This document shows positions 27,231 through 36,907 of a DNA stretch of 64,000 nucleotides, in pieces. Under the pieces are notes generated by a model. It searched no databases. It saw only the letters and a list, made by a program, of their open reading frames with translations, and was not told the DNA's origin. The stretch spans positions 9,649 to 73,648 of the forward strand of contig CALVAP010000001.1 of assembly GCA_944325625.1 (NCBI GenBank). Reading direction: 5' to 3'. The translations under genes were made by a program, and so were the position numbers. The first letter of the stretch is position 1. Each line of letters starts with the position of its first letter. This stretch comes from Candidatus Gastranaerophilales bacterium (lineage in GTDB: Bacteria; Cyanobacteriota; Vampirovibrionia; Gastranaerophilales; Gastranaerophilaceae).

Positions 27231-29215
27231 ACTATTACCCATTTTTCAAGAATACTCTCTTCTATATCATCGACAAATCTTGAGGGTTTAGAAAGTACCA
27301 TTGAGGTCGAGTAATCGAACATATCAATTGGATATGTTATAAACAGATTGTTCTTTGCTCTCGTGGTAGCTACATACATTAGACGAAGTTCTTCATCCAT
27401 TTCATCTTCTGAGTTAAACGAAAATACACTTGGAAAACGTCCGTCTACAGCACCTACGATGAAAACCGAGTCCCATTCCAACCCTTTTGCAGAGTGAATG
27501 GTTGAGATTGTCAGATATTCATCTTTTCTTGCTCCTTCGTCCACATCAAGAATACTTTTATCCGGTGGTTCAAGAGCCAAATCGCTTAGAAAATTTTCGA
27601 GATTTGAATATTGATTTGCTAAGTATTCAAAATGTTCTAAATCTTTTTCTCGTTTTGTGTAATCGTCATATTTATCTTTTAATATTGGTTCATAGTATTT
27701 TAGCACTTGTGAAACCAAATCAACCAGAGAAAGGTTTTGTTCTCTTAAATTTGAAAGGGTTTCAAATAATGTTTTCAAGTTGCTTGAATTTTTAACCGGT
27801 AAAAGTTTTAAATCTACTTGGTTTTGGTCTTTCAATAAGGGTAGAAGCTTGTTAACCGTTTGGTTTCCGACCCCTTTTAGTAGTAGAAGAATTCTGCTTA
27901 AGCTTATAATGTCATTTGGATTAAGAATTACTCTAAGATAGGCTATAATATCTTTTATGTGTGCGGTTTCTATGAATTTTAATCCGCCAAATTTTTTGAA
28001 AGGAATGCTTCTTTTGTTCAATTCCATTTCTAAGCTGTAGGTCATTCTTGCGCTGCGAGCAAGTACACAAATTTCATCCAAGGATATATTTTCATCCATA
28101 AGTTCTAAAATCTTTTGACAGATAAATTCTGCTTCTGTTTGTGAATCTGAGGCAGAAATTAAAGCAGGTTTTTCTTCTCTTACAATATTTGAGTATAGTG
28201 TTTTTGCATATTTTTCTTTGGCTTTTTCAAGTATTTTGTTGGTTAGGTTTAGAATATTTTGAGAACTTCTGTAATTTTGTTCAAGTTTAATTATTTCCGT
28301 ATTGGGAAATATTTGTGGAAAATTTAATATATTCTTAAAATTAGCACCTCGAAAAGAATAAATACTTTGTGAATCATCTCCCACTGCCATTACATTGTTA
28401 TGAGCATAAGAAAGCAGCTTGACTATGTCTGCTTGCAGAGTGTTTGTGTCTTGATATTCATCAATCATAATGTATTTATATTGATTAGAAATTTTGTTTC
28501 GAAGATTTTCATTTGATTCCAGTAGAACTTTTAGGTATAAGAGCAAATCATCATAGTCAAGAAGTGAATTTTCTCTTTTATAGTTTATGTAAGCTTTATG
28601 AATTTCTATTATTTTTTCACTGCAGTGTTCAAATTGTCTAAATTCACTAGATATAACTTCTTTTGCAGATAGGTTTTTGTTTATTGTTTTAGAGTAAATA
28701 TCTAAGATGGTACCTTTACGGGGAAATCTTTTTTCTTTTTTGGGGACCAGAAGGCCTGCTAAGTGGTTTATGACATCTTCGGCATCGGCTTTGTCCATTA
28801 TGGTGAAGTTGTTTTTTAGTTCCAAAAAATTTGAATATTTACGAAGAAGATAGTTGGCAAAAGAGTGAAAAGTTCCGCCTGCAACTTTTTCACATCGGTT
28901 GTCAAGAACGGTTGACGCACGATTAAGCATTTCAGCAGCAGCTTTTTTGGTGAAGGTTAAAAGTAGAATATTTTCCGGTGCTACTCCATCTTCAATTAAC
29001 CTTGCAACTCTGTAGGTAAGAGTTTTGGTTTTCCCTGAACCTGCTCCTGCTATTACCAAAACAGCTCCGTCTTTTTTCTTTACTGCCCTGAGTTGATTTT
29101 CGTTGAGTTCCTTCTCGTAATCAACACTGTATTGGGTGATTTTTGTGGTTTGTTTTTTGAGAATGTATTTTTTGGGCTCAATTTTTGCCAACTTAATTTC
29201 ACTAACTTCATTCAT
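27215..29215 (-). CDS. UvrD/PcrA/Rep-family ATP-dependent DNA helicase
   Basis: Motif I AGAGSGKTKTLTYRVA, motif II MIDEYQDTN, TIHSAKGLEWD, YVATTRAK. Confidence 0.9.
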   Translation of the reverse strand: MNEVSEIKLAKIEPKKYILKKQTTKITQYSVDYEKELNENQLRAVKKKDGAVLVIAGAGSGKTKTLTYRVARLIEDGVAPENILLLTFTKKAAAEMLNRASTVLDNRCEKVAGGTFHSFANYLLRKYSNFLELKNNFTIMDKADAEDVINHLAGLLVPKKEKRFPRKGTILDIYSKTINKNLSAKEVISSEFRQFEHCSEKIIEIHKAYINYKRENSLLDYDDLLLYLKVLLESNENLRNKISNQYKYIMIDEYQDTNTLQADIVKLLSYAHNNVMAVGDDSQSIYSFRGANFKNILNFPQIFPNTEIIKLEQNYRSSQNILNLTNKILEKAKEKYAKTLYSNIVREEKPALISASDSQTEAEFICQKILELMDENISLDEICVLARSARMTYSLEMELNKRSIPFKKFGGLKFIETAHIKDIIAYLRVILNPNDIISLSRILLLLKGVGNQTVNKLLPLLKDQNQVDLKLLPVKNSSNLKTLFETLSNLREQNLSLVDLVSQVLKYYEPILKDKYDDYTKREKDLEHFEYLANQYSNLENFLSDLALEPPDKSILDVDEGARKDEYLTISTIHSAKGLEWDSVFIVGAVDGRFPSVFSFNSEDEMDEELRLMYVATTRAKNNLFITYPIDMFDYSTSMVLSKPSRFVDDIEESILEKWVIVKEGC

Positions 29216-29309
29216 ACAAAAATTATAGCATAATCGGTGTTTTAGTTGGAGTTGTTATTGTTTGTTGGTGTTCATAGTTTAGAACTTTTAACAAAAAGTA
29301 ACAGTTTAT

Positions 29310-29339
29310 TTGTGAATAAGTCGAAAATTATGGTATAAT
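29310..29339 (+). promoter_or_regulatory. Putative promoter with extended -10 for the GH57 gene
   Basis: TTGTGA (29310-29315), 18-nt spacer ending in TGg, TATAAT (29334-29339). Confidence 0.45.
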
Positions 29340-29374
29340 CGGCGTGGAAGTTAAGGCAGAAAAGAGAAAGAGCT

Positions 29375-31594
29375 TTGAAAAAAAAATTATCTCTCGCTTT
29401 TATATGGCATATGCATCAGCCTGTTTACCAAGAATCAAGAAATGATTATTTTTTGATGCCATGGGTTCGGTTGCACGCTGTTAAAGATTATCTCGGAATG
29501 CTCAAAATAATGGATGGATACGAAAAATTAAAACTTAATTTTTCGATTGTCCCTATTTTGCTTACAGCTTTGGATAACTATGGCAACAAGGGGTTTCATG
29601 ATTTACATTCAAAATTGACGGTCACCCCCGTTGAGGAGTTAAGTGATGAGGATAAGTTTTTTATCATAAACAACTTTTTTGATGCTAATTATCCCAACAT
29701 GATTCTTCCAAATATAAGATATGCAGATTTGTATAAAAAACGCTATTCTTCTGATGAAATAACTATTAACGATTTTTCAGATGAAGAGTATTCTGATATT
29801 ATGGCGTGGTTTAACCTTGTCTGGCTTGGTCGGCATTGGCAGAAAAATCATCCTGTAATAAAAGATTTATTTAATAAATCCGGACATTATACTCTCGAAG
29901 ATAGGGTAAAAATTATTGATATTCATAGAGAAATAATTAGAGAAATAATTCCAGCCTACAAACAGTATCAGGAAGATAATCGTATAGAAATACTTGCAAA
30001 TCCTTATTTCCACCCTGTTATCCCAATCCTTTTGGATAAAAAATATACAGGAGAGTTGATGAAGGAAGATGCGGAAAGACAGATTGAGCAAGGGGTTGAG
30101 AAATACAAGAGTGTTTTTGGTAGAGAACCGCGGGGAATATGGCCTTCGGAGCAGTGTATAAGTCCTAAATCTTTAGAGCTGTTTGCCCAAATGGGCTTTA
30201 AATGGACTGTTGCAGATGAAGGTATTCTTGCTAAATCCATCAACAAAGAGTTTGTGAGAGATTTTGCAGGATACATGGAAGATCCATACGACCTTACAGC
30301 TGTTTATGAGTATGAGGGAAAGAATAAAAAACCTATTTCTATAATATTTCGAGATAGTGTTATTCCAAGTTTAATAAACTTTGAGTATTCTCAGCACAAT
30401 TCGGTTGAAGCGGCTAATGACCTTTATGACAGGATTAAAACAGTTCAATCCAAGTTGAAACAGTCCCCTGACAAAAACAAACTCCTTACCATAGCTTTGG
30501 ACGGTGAAAATTGTTGGGAATGTTATCCGGATGATGGCGAAATTTTTATCAAAACTCTTTATGAATTAATTGAAAATGACAAAACATTAGAAACAGTTTT
30601 AGTGTCGGATTATTTGGACAAAGTTTCCGGTAAGAAGGAGTTGAAAACCATACAAACAGGGTCTTGGATTAATCGTAATTTAAAGTTATGGATTGATGAA
30701 CCCACAAAAGATTTGGCATGGCAGTATTTAATTAAAACTCGTCAGGATCTTATAGCTTTTTCGCAAGAATGTACCAATCAAGAGGTCATAGAGAATGCTT
30801 GGGAAGAATTGTATGTGGCGCAAGGTAGTGACTGGTTTTGGTGGTTTGGGGAACCCAACGATTCAGGTCAGGACGAAATTTTTGACTATCTTTTCAGAAT
30901 TCATCTTATAAATATCTACAATCTGTTTGATAAGCCAGTACCGGATTATCTTAATGTTCCGTTGAATGTTTATATGGGCAAGCCCCTTCGGAGTCCAAAA
31001 TCTAATATAACACCGATTATAAACGGTATAGTCATGAAAAAAGATAATTGGAAACATGCCGGTTGCATAGAGATTCCTGATGGACCTATTTTGCAGAAGA
31101 ATAAACCTTTTGATAAAATTTATTTCGGATGTGATAAGGATAACTTGTATCTGCGTTTTGATATGAACAAAGCCTATATGGATAGCAATTATAAAGCCGA
31201 TGGCGATTATTCCGAATATTTTCAGACATATATATATTTGAAGAATGAAAGAGAAGTTCACAAAACAGGTGCGAATATCAGGACAATAGCAAAGACAGAA
31301 ACAGCTTATCCTACAATGCTTGATAAATATACACACGAAATTTTTCTTTTGTACTGGTATGGGAAAATGGCACCGGTTGTTATGTCGAAGGCTAATTCCA
31401 ACGGACTTTGGGGGCTTAAGATATCGAATAAGGTTAAAACAGCTTTTGTTGACATTTTAGAGGTAGCAATTCCTTTTGACGAGTTGGGAATTAAATCAGG
31501 TGAAAGATTGGAATTTTTCATTGTAAACGCAAAAGTTGGAATAGCAAACGACTTCTACCCCAAGGATATCCTTTTGGCGGTTACAAGACCTTAG
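29375..31594 (+). CDS. Glycoside hydrolase family 57 protein (alpha-glucan-active)
   Basis: 739 aa. LAFIWHMHQPVY, HPVIPIL, WPSEQ, ALDGENCWE are GH57 hallmark blocks. TTG start as in the track. Confidence 0.85.
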   Translation: MKKKLSLAFIWHMHQPVYQESRNDYFLMPWVRLHAVKDYLGMLKIMDGYEKLKLNFSIVPILLTALDNYGNKGFHDLHSKLTVTPVEELSDEDKFFIINNFFDANYPNMILPNIRYADLYKKRYSSDEITINDFSDEEYSDIMAWFNLVWLGRHWQKNHPVIKDLFNKSGHYTLEDRVKIIDIHREIIREIIPAYKQYQEDNRIEILANPYFHPVIPILLDKKYTGELMKEDAERQIEQGVEKYKSVFGREPRGIWPSEQCISPKSLELFAQMGFKWTVADEGILAKSINKEFVRDFAGYMEDPYDLTAVYEYEGKNKKPISIIFRDSVIPSLINFEYSQHNSVEAANDLYDRIKTVQSKLKQSPDKNKLLTIALDGENCWECYPDDGEIFIKTLYELIENDKTLETVLVSDYLDKVSGKKELKTIQTGSWINRNLKLWIDEPTKDLAWQYLIKTRQDLIAFSQECTNQEVIENAWEELYVAQGSDWFWWFGEPNDSGQDEIFDYLFRIHLINIYNLFDKPVPDYLNVPLNVYMGKPLRSPKSNITPIINGIVMKKDNWKHAGCIEIPDGPILQKNKPFDKIYFGCDKDNLYLRFDMNKAYMDSNYKADGDYSEYFQTYIYLKNEREVHKTGANIRTIAKTETAYPTMLDKYTHEIFLLYWYGKMAPVVMSKANSNGLWGLKISNKVKTAFVDILEVAIPFDELGIKSGERLEFFIVNAKVGIANDFYPKDILLAVTRP

Positions 31595-31635
31595 TCAAAA
31601 ATTCTTATTATGTGTTGATTTAGATAAAACTATTT

Positions 31636-32646
31636 TTAGGATTTATACTCTTTTTCGAAACCAAACAACGAGCTTACAGATTCATCATCATGAATTCTTG
31701 ATATAGCTTCACCAAGCAGCGGGGCTACACTTAGTTGGACTATTTTTTCCGGTAAATTAGTCCGATTAAGAGGAATAGAATTTGTAACAACGACTTGTTT
31801 AATTGGCGAGTCCTCAAGCCTTTGTAATGCAGGACCAGAAAAAACAGCGTGAGCGGCGCAAACGTATATATCTCTGGCGCCTTCTTTTTTGAGTAATTTA
31901 GCGGCTTCTGTTATCGTTCCCGCAGTATCTATGAGGTCATCAAACATAACAATATGTTTATTTTTAACATCTCCGATAACATGGTCAGCTATAGCTTCAT
32001 TGTGTCTGTCACGTCTTTTGTCAATAATAGCCATCGGGCAATCAAGTTCTTTGGCAAAATATCTTGTACGTGGTACGCCTCCGGTGTCCGGGCTTACAGC
32101 TACAATATCATCAGAAGGAATATTTAATTTCTTGATGTAATTAACAAGCACGGGCGTTGCAAAAATGTGATCAACAAGAATATTGAAAAAACCTTGAATT
32201 TGACCCGTATGTAAATCCATTGCCAATACTCTGTCAGCTCCTGCGGTAGTGAGCAAATCAGCCACGAGTTTTGCAGTAATAGCTTCTCTACCTGAAGTTT
32301 TTCTGTCTTGTCTTGCATATCCATAGTATGGGATTACTGCTGTTATGGTTTTGGCACTTGCGCGTTTGAATGCATCTATTATTATCAGAAGTTCCATAAG
32401 GTTTTCATTGACCGGATTGCAGACCGGTTGAACTATAAAAACGTCGTCACCCCTAACGCTTTCTTGAACTTGAACATAGATTTCCCCGTCCGCAAAGTTC
32501 TTTACTATCATTGGTCCGACAGTTGTTCCAAGGTAATCTGCTATTTCCTCGGTAAGTTTTGGGTTTGAACGTCCGGAGAACAGTTTTATGTCATGTGTCG
32601 GATAAATATTTCTATCACTTTGCTTCAAAGGCATTTCCAGTTCCAT
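31636..32646 (-). CDS. prs: Ribose-phosphate pyrophosphokinase
   Basis: KLFSGRSNPKL, YGYARQDRK, DLHTGQIQGFF, DDLIDTAGT. Confidence 0.93.
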   Translation of the reverse strand: MELEMPLKQSDRNIYPTHDIKLFSGRSNPKLTEEIADYLGTTVGPMIVKNFADGEIYVQVQESVRGDDVFIVQPVCNPVNENLMELLIIIDAFKRASAKTITAVIPYYGYARQDRKTSGREAITAKLVADLLTTAGADRVLAMDLHTGQIQGFFNILVDHIFATPVLVNYIKKLNIPSDDIVAVSPDTGGVPRTRYFAKELDCPMAIIDKRRDRHNEAIADHVIGDVKNKHIVMFDDLIDTAGTITEAAKLLKKEGARDIYVCAAHAVFSGPALQRLEDSPIKQVVVTNSIPLNRTNLPEKIVQLSVAPLLGEAISRIHDDESVSSLFGFEKEYKS

Positions 32647-32660
32647 TTCTAACCCCTTTC

Positions 32661-33959
32661 TTATTTGCTTTTAACCCAATTTTTAATAACTCTTAGTGCT
32701 GTTCTTGTTATTCCAAGCGAATTTGCTTCTAAATCTTTTGTTAATATGCTGCCTGCTGCAAGGTTTGCGTTTTCTCCCATTATTACGGGTGCTACTATAA
32801 CCGAATTTGAGCCTGTATTTGCTCCGTCTTTGATTACTGTTTTGCTCTTAACTTTTGTAATCGGATTATAATTAGCTGTAATGGTTCCTGCTCCTATATT
32901 ACATCCGGAACCTATCTCGCTGTCCCCAACGTAGCTCAGGTGACATACGTTTGTATGTGATTTTATCTTTGATTTTTTTAGTTCAACAAAGTTACCTATT
33001 TTTACAAAATCTTCGACCTCGACATCTCCTCTAAGATGGGAAAAAGGTCCAATTTTGCAGTTCTTGCCTATCTTATTTTTTCCTGTAATATACACGTTTG
33101 GCAAAATTATTGTATCTGCTCCTATTTCCGTTTCCGGTGATATCCATGTACTTTTGGGGTCAACAATTTGTATTCCGTTTTCAAGATGTTTTTTTATTGT
33201 TTCTTCGTTTAGAATTTGTGTTGCTTCTGCAAGATGTAGTTTTGAATTTATTCCAAATATTTCATTGTTATTCTCAAGAACGTATGAATCAACTTTTAAC
33301 CCTTTATTTACCGCCCATTTAACCATATCTGTTATATAATATTCGCCTTGAGCATTGTTGTTTGTGAGTTCAGAAAAAGCCGGTGAAATTTCTTTCCAAT
33401 TAACACAATATATACCTGCATTTATTTCTTTTACTTTTTTTTCTTCTTCTGTGGCGTCTTTTTCTTCTACAATTGCTTTTAATCCATTCTCATCACGAAT
33501 AATTCTTCCATAATTTGTCGGGTTATCAAAAATTGCAGACATTACTGTGAGTGCAGAGTTTTTTTCTCTATGTGTTTTTACTAAATTTTCAATCGTTTGA
33601 GCTTTAATAAGCGGGGTATCTCCGCATAAGATTACGACTTCGCCGTCAAATTCTTTTAAATCATCAACAACAAAAGAAACAGCATGTCCTGTGCCAAGTT
33701 GAGGGGTTTGAAGTCTTGTTTGGGTAATTTGAGGATAAAATTTTTGGCAAAACTCACTTACTGCCTCAGCTTGATGTCCGACAATGATGTATGAAAAATC
33801 AATAATGTTAGAATTTCTAACGGCGTCTATTACATAAGCTAAAAGAGGTTTATTAAATATTTCATGAAGCACTTTTGATTTATCGGATTTCATCCGAGTG
33901 CCTTTTCCTGCTGCGAGAATCACTGCTTTTGCATTTTTTTTGTTTGTATCCATTTCCAA
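32661..33959 (-). CDS. glmU: Bifunctional UDP-N-acetylglucosamine pyrophosphorylase / glucosamine-1-phosphate N-acetyltransferase
   Basis: LAAGKGTRMKS, QLGTGHAV, C-terminal left-handed beta-helix hexapeptide repeats. Directly upstream of prs. Confidence 0.9.
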   Translation of the reverse strand: MEMDTNKKNAKAVILAAGKGTRMKSDKSKVLHEIFNKPLLAYVIDAVRNSNIIDFSYIIVGHQAEAVSEFCQKFYPQITQTRLQTPQLGTGHAVSFVVDDLKEFDGEVVILCGDTPLIKAQTIENLVKTHREKNSALTVMSAIFDNPTNYGRIIRDENGLKAIVEEKDATEEEKKVKEINAGIYCVNWKEISPAFSELTNNNAQGEYYITDMVKWAVNKGLKVDSYVLENNNEIFGINSKLHLAEATQILNEETIKKHLENGIQIVDPKSTWISPETEIGADTIILPNVYITGKNKIGKNCKIGPFSHLRGDVEVEDFVKIGNFVELKKSKIKSHTNVCHLSYVGDSEIGSGCNIGAGTITANYNPITKVKSKTVIKDGANTGSNSVIVAPVIMGENANLAAGSILTKDLEANSLGITRTALRVIKNWVKSK

Positions 33960-34010
33960 CCTCTTGAGCTTATTTTATCATGATTTTATCAAAAATAAAC
34001 ACTACATAGC

Positions 34011-34040
34011 AAAAAACTTCACTATTAAGTGAAGTTTTTT
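34011..34040 (-). terminator. Rho-independent terminator of the rubrerythrin operon
   Basis: aaaaaacttcac-tattaa-gtgaagtttttt hairpin with a T-run on the minus strand. Confidence 0.75.
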
Positions 34041-34062
34041 GCAAGATTTATTTTACTTACTA

Positions 34063-34602
34063 CTAATAATTTTCTACGTGAGTAAAAAAGTATGCTTTAG
34101 GGTGCCTGCATACGGGACAGATTTCCGGTGCTTTATCACTTTCAATGCGGTGTCCACAGTTTGCACATTCCCAAACAACGTTTGAACTTTTTACAAAAAC
34201 TGTTTCATTTTTAACGTTTTCAAGAAGTTTTCTATAGCGTTCTTCGTGTGTTTTTTCAATTTTACCGACAAGTTCAAATAAAGCAGCTATTTTGTCAAAA
34301 CCTTCTTCTTTTGCTTCGTTTGCAAAAGTTGCATACATATCAGTCCATTCATATCTTTCACCATCTGCAGCATCTTCAAGATTAACAATGGTTTGAGGAA
34401 TTGAATCTCCGTGAAGAAGTTTGAACCAAATTTTGGCATGTTCTTTTTCATTATTTGCCGTTTCTTCAAATATTTTACTGATTTGTACAAAACCGTCTTT
34501 TTTCGCTTGTGATGCGTAGTAGGTATATTTATTTCTCGCCTGAGATTCCCCTGCAAAAGCGGTTTGCAGGTTCTTTTCAGTCTTTGTACCTTTCAATGAC
34601 AT
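34063..34602 (-). CDS. rbr: Rubrerythrin
   Basis: Ferritin-like diiron motifs ([16 protein letters not shown]) plus the C-terminal rubredoxin-like CANCG...CPVC. RBS AAGGAGAA. Confidence 0.92.
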   Translation of the reverse strand: MSLKGTKTEKNLQTAFAGESQARNKYTYYASQAKKDGFVQISKIFEETANNEKEHAKIWFKLLHGDSIPQTIVNLEDAADGERYEWTDMYATFANEAKEEGFDKIAALFELVGKIEKTHEERYRKLLENVKNETVFVKSSNVVWECANCGHRIESDKAPEICPVCRHPKAYFFTHVENY

Positions 34603-34642
34603 ATTATTGTTTCTCCTTTACTCTTAATTCCTGCTTTGATAA

Positions 34643-34786
34643 TTAATCTTCGTCTTCTTCAAACATGTCTTTTCCAACTGCGCAAAGCGGGCAAGAGTAA
34701 TCATCCGGCAAGTCTGTGAATGCGACATTGTCATGTTCAGCCGGATCGTACACGTAACCGCAAACAGTACATCTGTATTTTTTCAT
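34643..34786 (-). CDS. Rubredoxin
   Basis: At 47 aa it is below the track cutoff: [47 protein letters not shown] (CxxCG...CPxC). RBS AAAGGAGAA. Confidence 0.9.
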   Translation of the reverse strand: MKKYRCTVCGYVYDPAEHDNVAFTDLPDDYSCPLCAVGKDMFEEDED

Positions 34787-34812
34787 AATTTTCTCCTTTA
34801 CACTCTAAACTA

Positions 34813-35183
34813 TTATTGACACTCTACACAGAGCCCATGAAATGTAATCTCGTGTCCATAGATTGCAAATCCTGTTTTTGCTCTGGTTTTTATTTCGATA
34901 TCAGGTGCAATTTCTGCCTCAACATCAAAAATTCTTTTACAGTTATCGCATATAAAATGATAATGCTCATGGGTATTATGGTCATAATGAACGGACTGTT
35001 CAAGTCCTTCTATCTTTTTAATTGTCCCATTTAACGCCAAAAGATTAAGATTACGATAAACAGTTGCCAAGCTTATATTCGGATCTTTTTTTTTAAAACA
35101 GAATGAATATATTCAGCTGTCGGATGGACAGCATTGAGTCTTAGGGTATTTAAAATCATTTCTCTTTGTTTGGAATAATTCAT
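34813..35183 (-). pseudogene. Fur-family metalloregulator interrupted by a frameshift in an A9 (T9 on + strand) homopolymer
   Basis: The N-terminal frame from ATG 35183 reads MNYSKQREMILNTLRLNAVHPTAEYIHSVLKKK and stops at 35073. The C-terminal frame (track ORF 34813..35070) continues DPNISLATVYRNLNLL...HYDHNTHEHYHFICDNC...CVEC. One extra A in the run at 35086-35094 would restore a ~123-aa Fur-like protein. Confidence 0.8.
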
Positions 35184-35192
35184 ATAGACCTT

Positions 35193-35215
35193 AAAATGAT
35201 AATAATTATCATTTT
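35193..35215. promoter_or_regulatory. Perfect Fur box (7-1-7 core TGATAAT-A-ATTATCA inside an 11-1-11 palindrome)
   Basis: aaaaTGATAATaATTATCAtttt at 35193-35215, core 35197-35211. It lies 14 nt upstream of the Fur-family ATG, in the divergent region shared with the DtxR-family gene. Confidence 0.75.
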
Positions 35216-35285
35216 ATACTTTTATTTTAGATTTGTCAATAAAATATACTTGTAAAAAATATAAATAAATGCAATAATACTGCGT

Positions 35286-35717
35286 ATGGAAACAAAGAAG
35301 TATATAAGTGCAAGTCTCGAAGATTATTTAGAAACCATATATGTTTTTTCTCAGGAAAAGCAAGAGGTTCGTGCAGGTCAAATCGCCCAGCATCTTAATG
35401 TTAAGAAGTCTTCTGTTACCGAGGCGTTGCAGAATCTTTCAAAAGAGAATTTTATCAACTATAAACCGTATAGTCCGATTACGATTACCGATAAGGGAAA
35501 AGAAGCTGCAGAGAAGATTTTGCGTAAACACAATATAGTAAGAGAATTTTTTAAGGAAGTTCTCAATCTTTCAGAAGAAGAAGCGACAAATACTGCTTGT
35601 AGAATTGAACATGTTATTTCTGACGATTTAGCATCGCGTTTTGGTCGGCTTCATTTGCAGCTTTCTAAGGAAAAAAATTATCAAGATTTCTTAAGCAAGT
35701 TGCATAAATCCTTTTAA
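35286..35717 (+). CDS. DtxR/MntR-family metal-dependent transcriptional regulator
   Basis: LEDYLETIYVFSQEKQEVRAGQIAQHLNVKKSSVTEALQNL (wHTH) and KHNIVREFF...ACRIEHVISDD (metal-site helix). Confidence 0.85.
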   Translation: METKKYISASLEDYLETIYVFSQEKQEVRAGQIAQHLNVKKSSVTEALQNLSKENFINYKPYSPITITDKGKEAAEKILRKHNIVREFFKEVLNLSEEEATNTACRIEHVISDDLASRFGRLHLQLSKEKNYQDFLSKLHKSF

Positions 35718-35807
35718 ATGTATTGACAGAAATATTTTTTTCGAGTAATGTTAGGTAGCCCTAACTAATATAGTTAAGAAAAAACGGGAACTTTGGAAAT
35801 ATATAAG

Positions 35808-36860
35808 ATGAAAGTTCAGCACATAGCAAAATTTATAGACCAACCATTGATAGTTAATAAGATATCTACTGCGGCACCTTATATTTTGGGAGGTTGTGCT
35901 ACAGCGTTGGGAGTGCATGATGTTTTTATTCAAAAGCACGAAAAACAAGAGCCTAAAGGTCGCAGATTGCGCAAAAATATTGTAGTTTTGGGTACGGTTG
36001 CGGTCGCTTCTTTGGTTGCTGCTAAGGGACTAAAGGTTAATGGCAAAAAAATTTTTGATGGTTTGATTGACGAAGTTCCAAAGGCTGATATTATAATGGA
36101 GCAAAGCAAGGTTGTTCAGGAATTTGTAGATAAATATAAACCTACGGATGAAAAGCTTGGTATGGTTTTGCAAAAGGCTAAGCATAATGCTCTGGGGCTT
36201 AAAGAAACAAGTTATGTTTTGGATAAAGTGGGTGACGATCCTCAAGCACAAAAGCTGGTAGAAACTTTATTTGGCAAAAAAGAAGATTTATCATCAGCTG
36301 AAATATTTGGTGAAATAAAAAGGCTTTCTTTGTTGGGATTGGTGCCTGTTGTTGCAGGTGTAGGTGCGGGCATTGCAATAGATAGGGGACCGCATAAAAA
36401 ACATAATAATTCTGACAGGATAAAAGAAGGTTTTTATCAATATTTTGCTAATATTTTTCTTTGTAATGTTGGAGCCGGTGCAGCTTTATTTGGACTAGAA
36501 TCGCTTAAAAGATTTAAGCTTATAAAATCAATTTCCCCATCTCAAAAATTTGTAGGGATGATTGCGGGAATAATGGCTACAGGGGTTATTGGGGGTAGTT
36601 TTATTGCTAACTATATTAGTAAAAAAGTTATCGATCCGTTTGTTTTGAAAAAAAGAGAGAAAAATCTCACTCTTGATAAAATTTATGATGAAAGAACACC
36701 GGAAGGACTTGATATGGCTATGCATATTGATGATTTAGCCACAGCTGGGGTTCTTTCCGGGTTAAAGTGGATTGAACCGGTTCTGCCAGCTTTTTATCTG
36801 TTTTCAGGCTATAGAGCCGGTATGGGGTATAGAAATCAAGCTCATCATCCCAAAAATTAA
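35808..36860 (+). CDS. Hypothetical membrane protein
   Basis: ATG at 35808 (the track ORF begins at TTG 35793). Several G/A-rich hydrophobic segments (VVLGTVAVASLVAA, LLGLVPVVAGVGAGIAI, FVGMIAGIMATGVIGG). Confidence 0.55.
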   Translation: MKVQHIAKFIDQPLIVNKISTAAPYILGGCATALGVHDVFIQKHEKQEPKGRRLRKNIVVLGTVAVASLVAAKGLKVNGKKIFDGLIDEVPKADIIMEQSKVVQEFVDKYKPTDEKLGMVLQKAKHNALGLKETSYVLDKVGDDPQAQKLVETLFGKKEDLSSAEIFGEIKRLSLLGLVPVVAGVGAGIAIDRGPHKKHNNSDRIKEGFYQYFANIFLCNVGAGAALFGLESLKRFKLIKSISPSQKFVGMIAGIMATGVIGGSFIANYISKKVIDPFVLKKREKNLTLDKIYDERTPEGLDMAMHIDDLATAGVLSGLKWIEPVLPAFYLFSGYRAGMGYRNQAHHPKN

Positions 36861-36907
36861 TTGGCAAATATTTTTTTGTTCATATTTTATTTGACTGTGT
36901 AGTTCTA

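Noticed and set aside
29224-29346. Direct repeat attatagcataatcggtgt / attatggtataatcggcgt in the helicase/GH57 intergenic region, considered as a possible mobile-element end or binding-site pair.
   Set aside because: The second copy is simply the extended -10 promoter of the GH57 gene. The first copy differs at four positions, including the TG. Two imperfect AT-rich 19-mers are not enough evidence for a repeat element.
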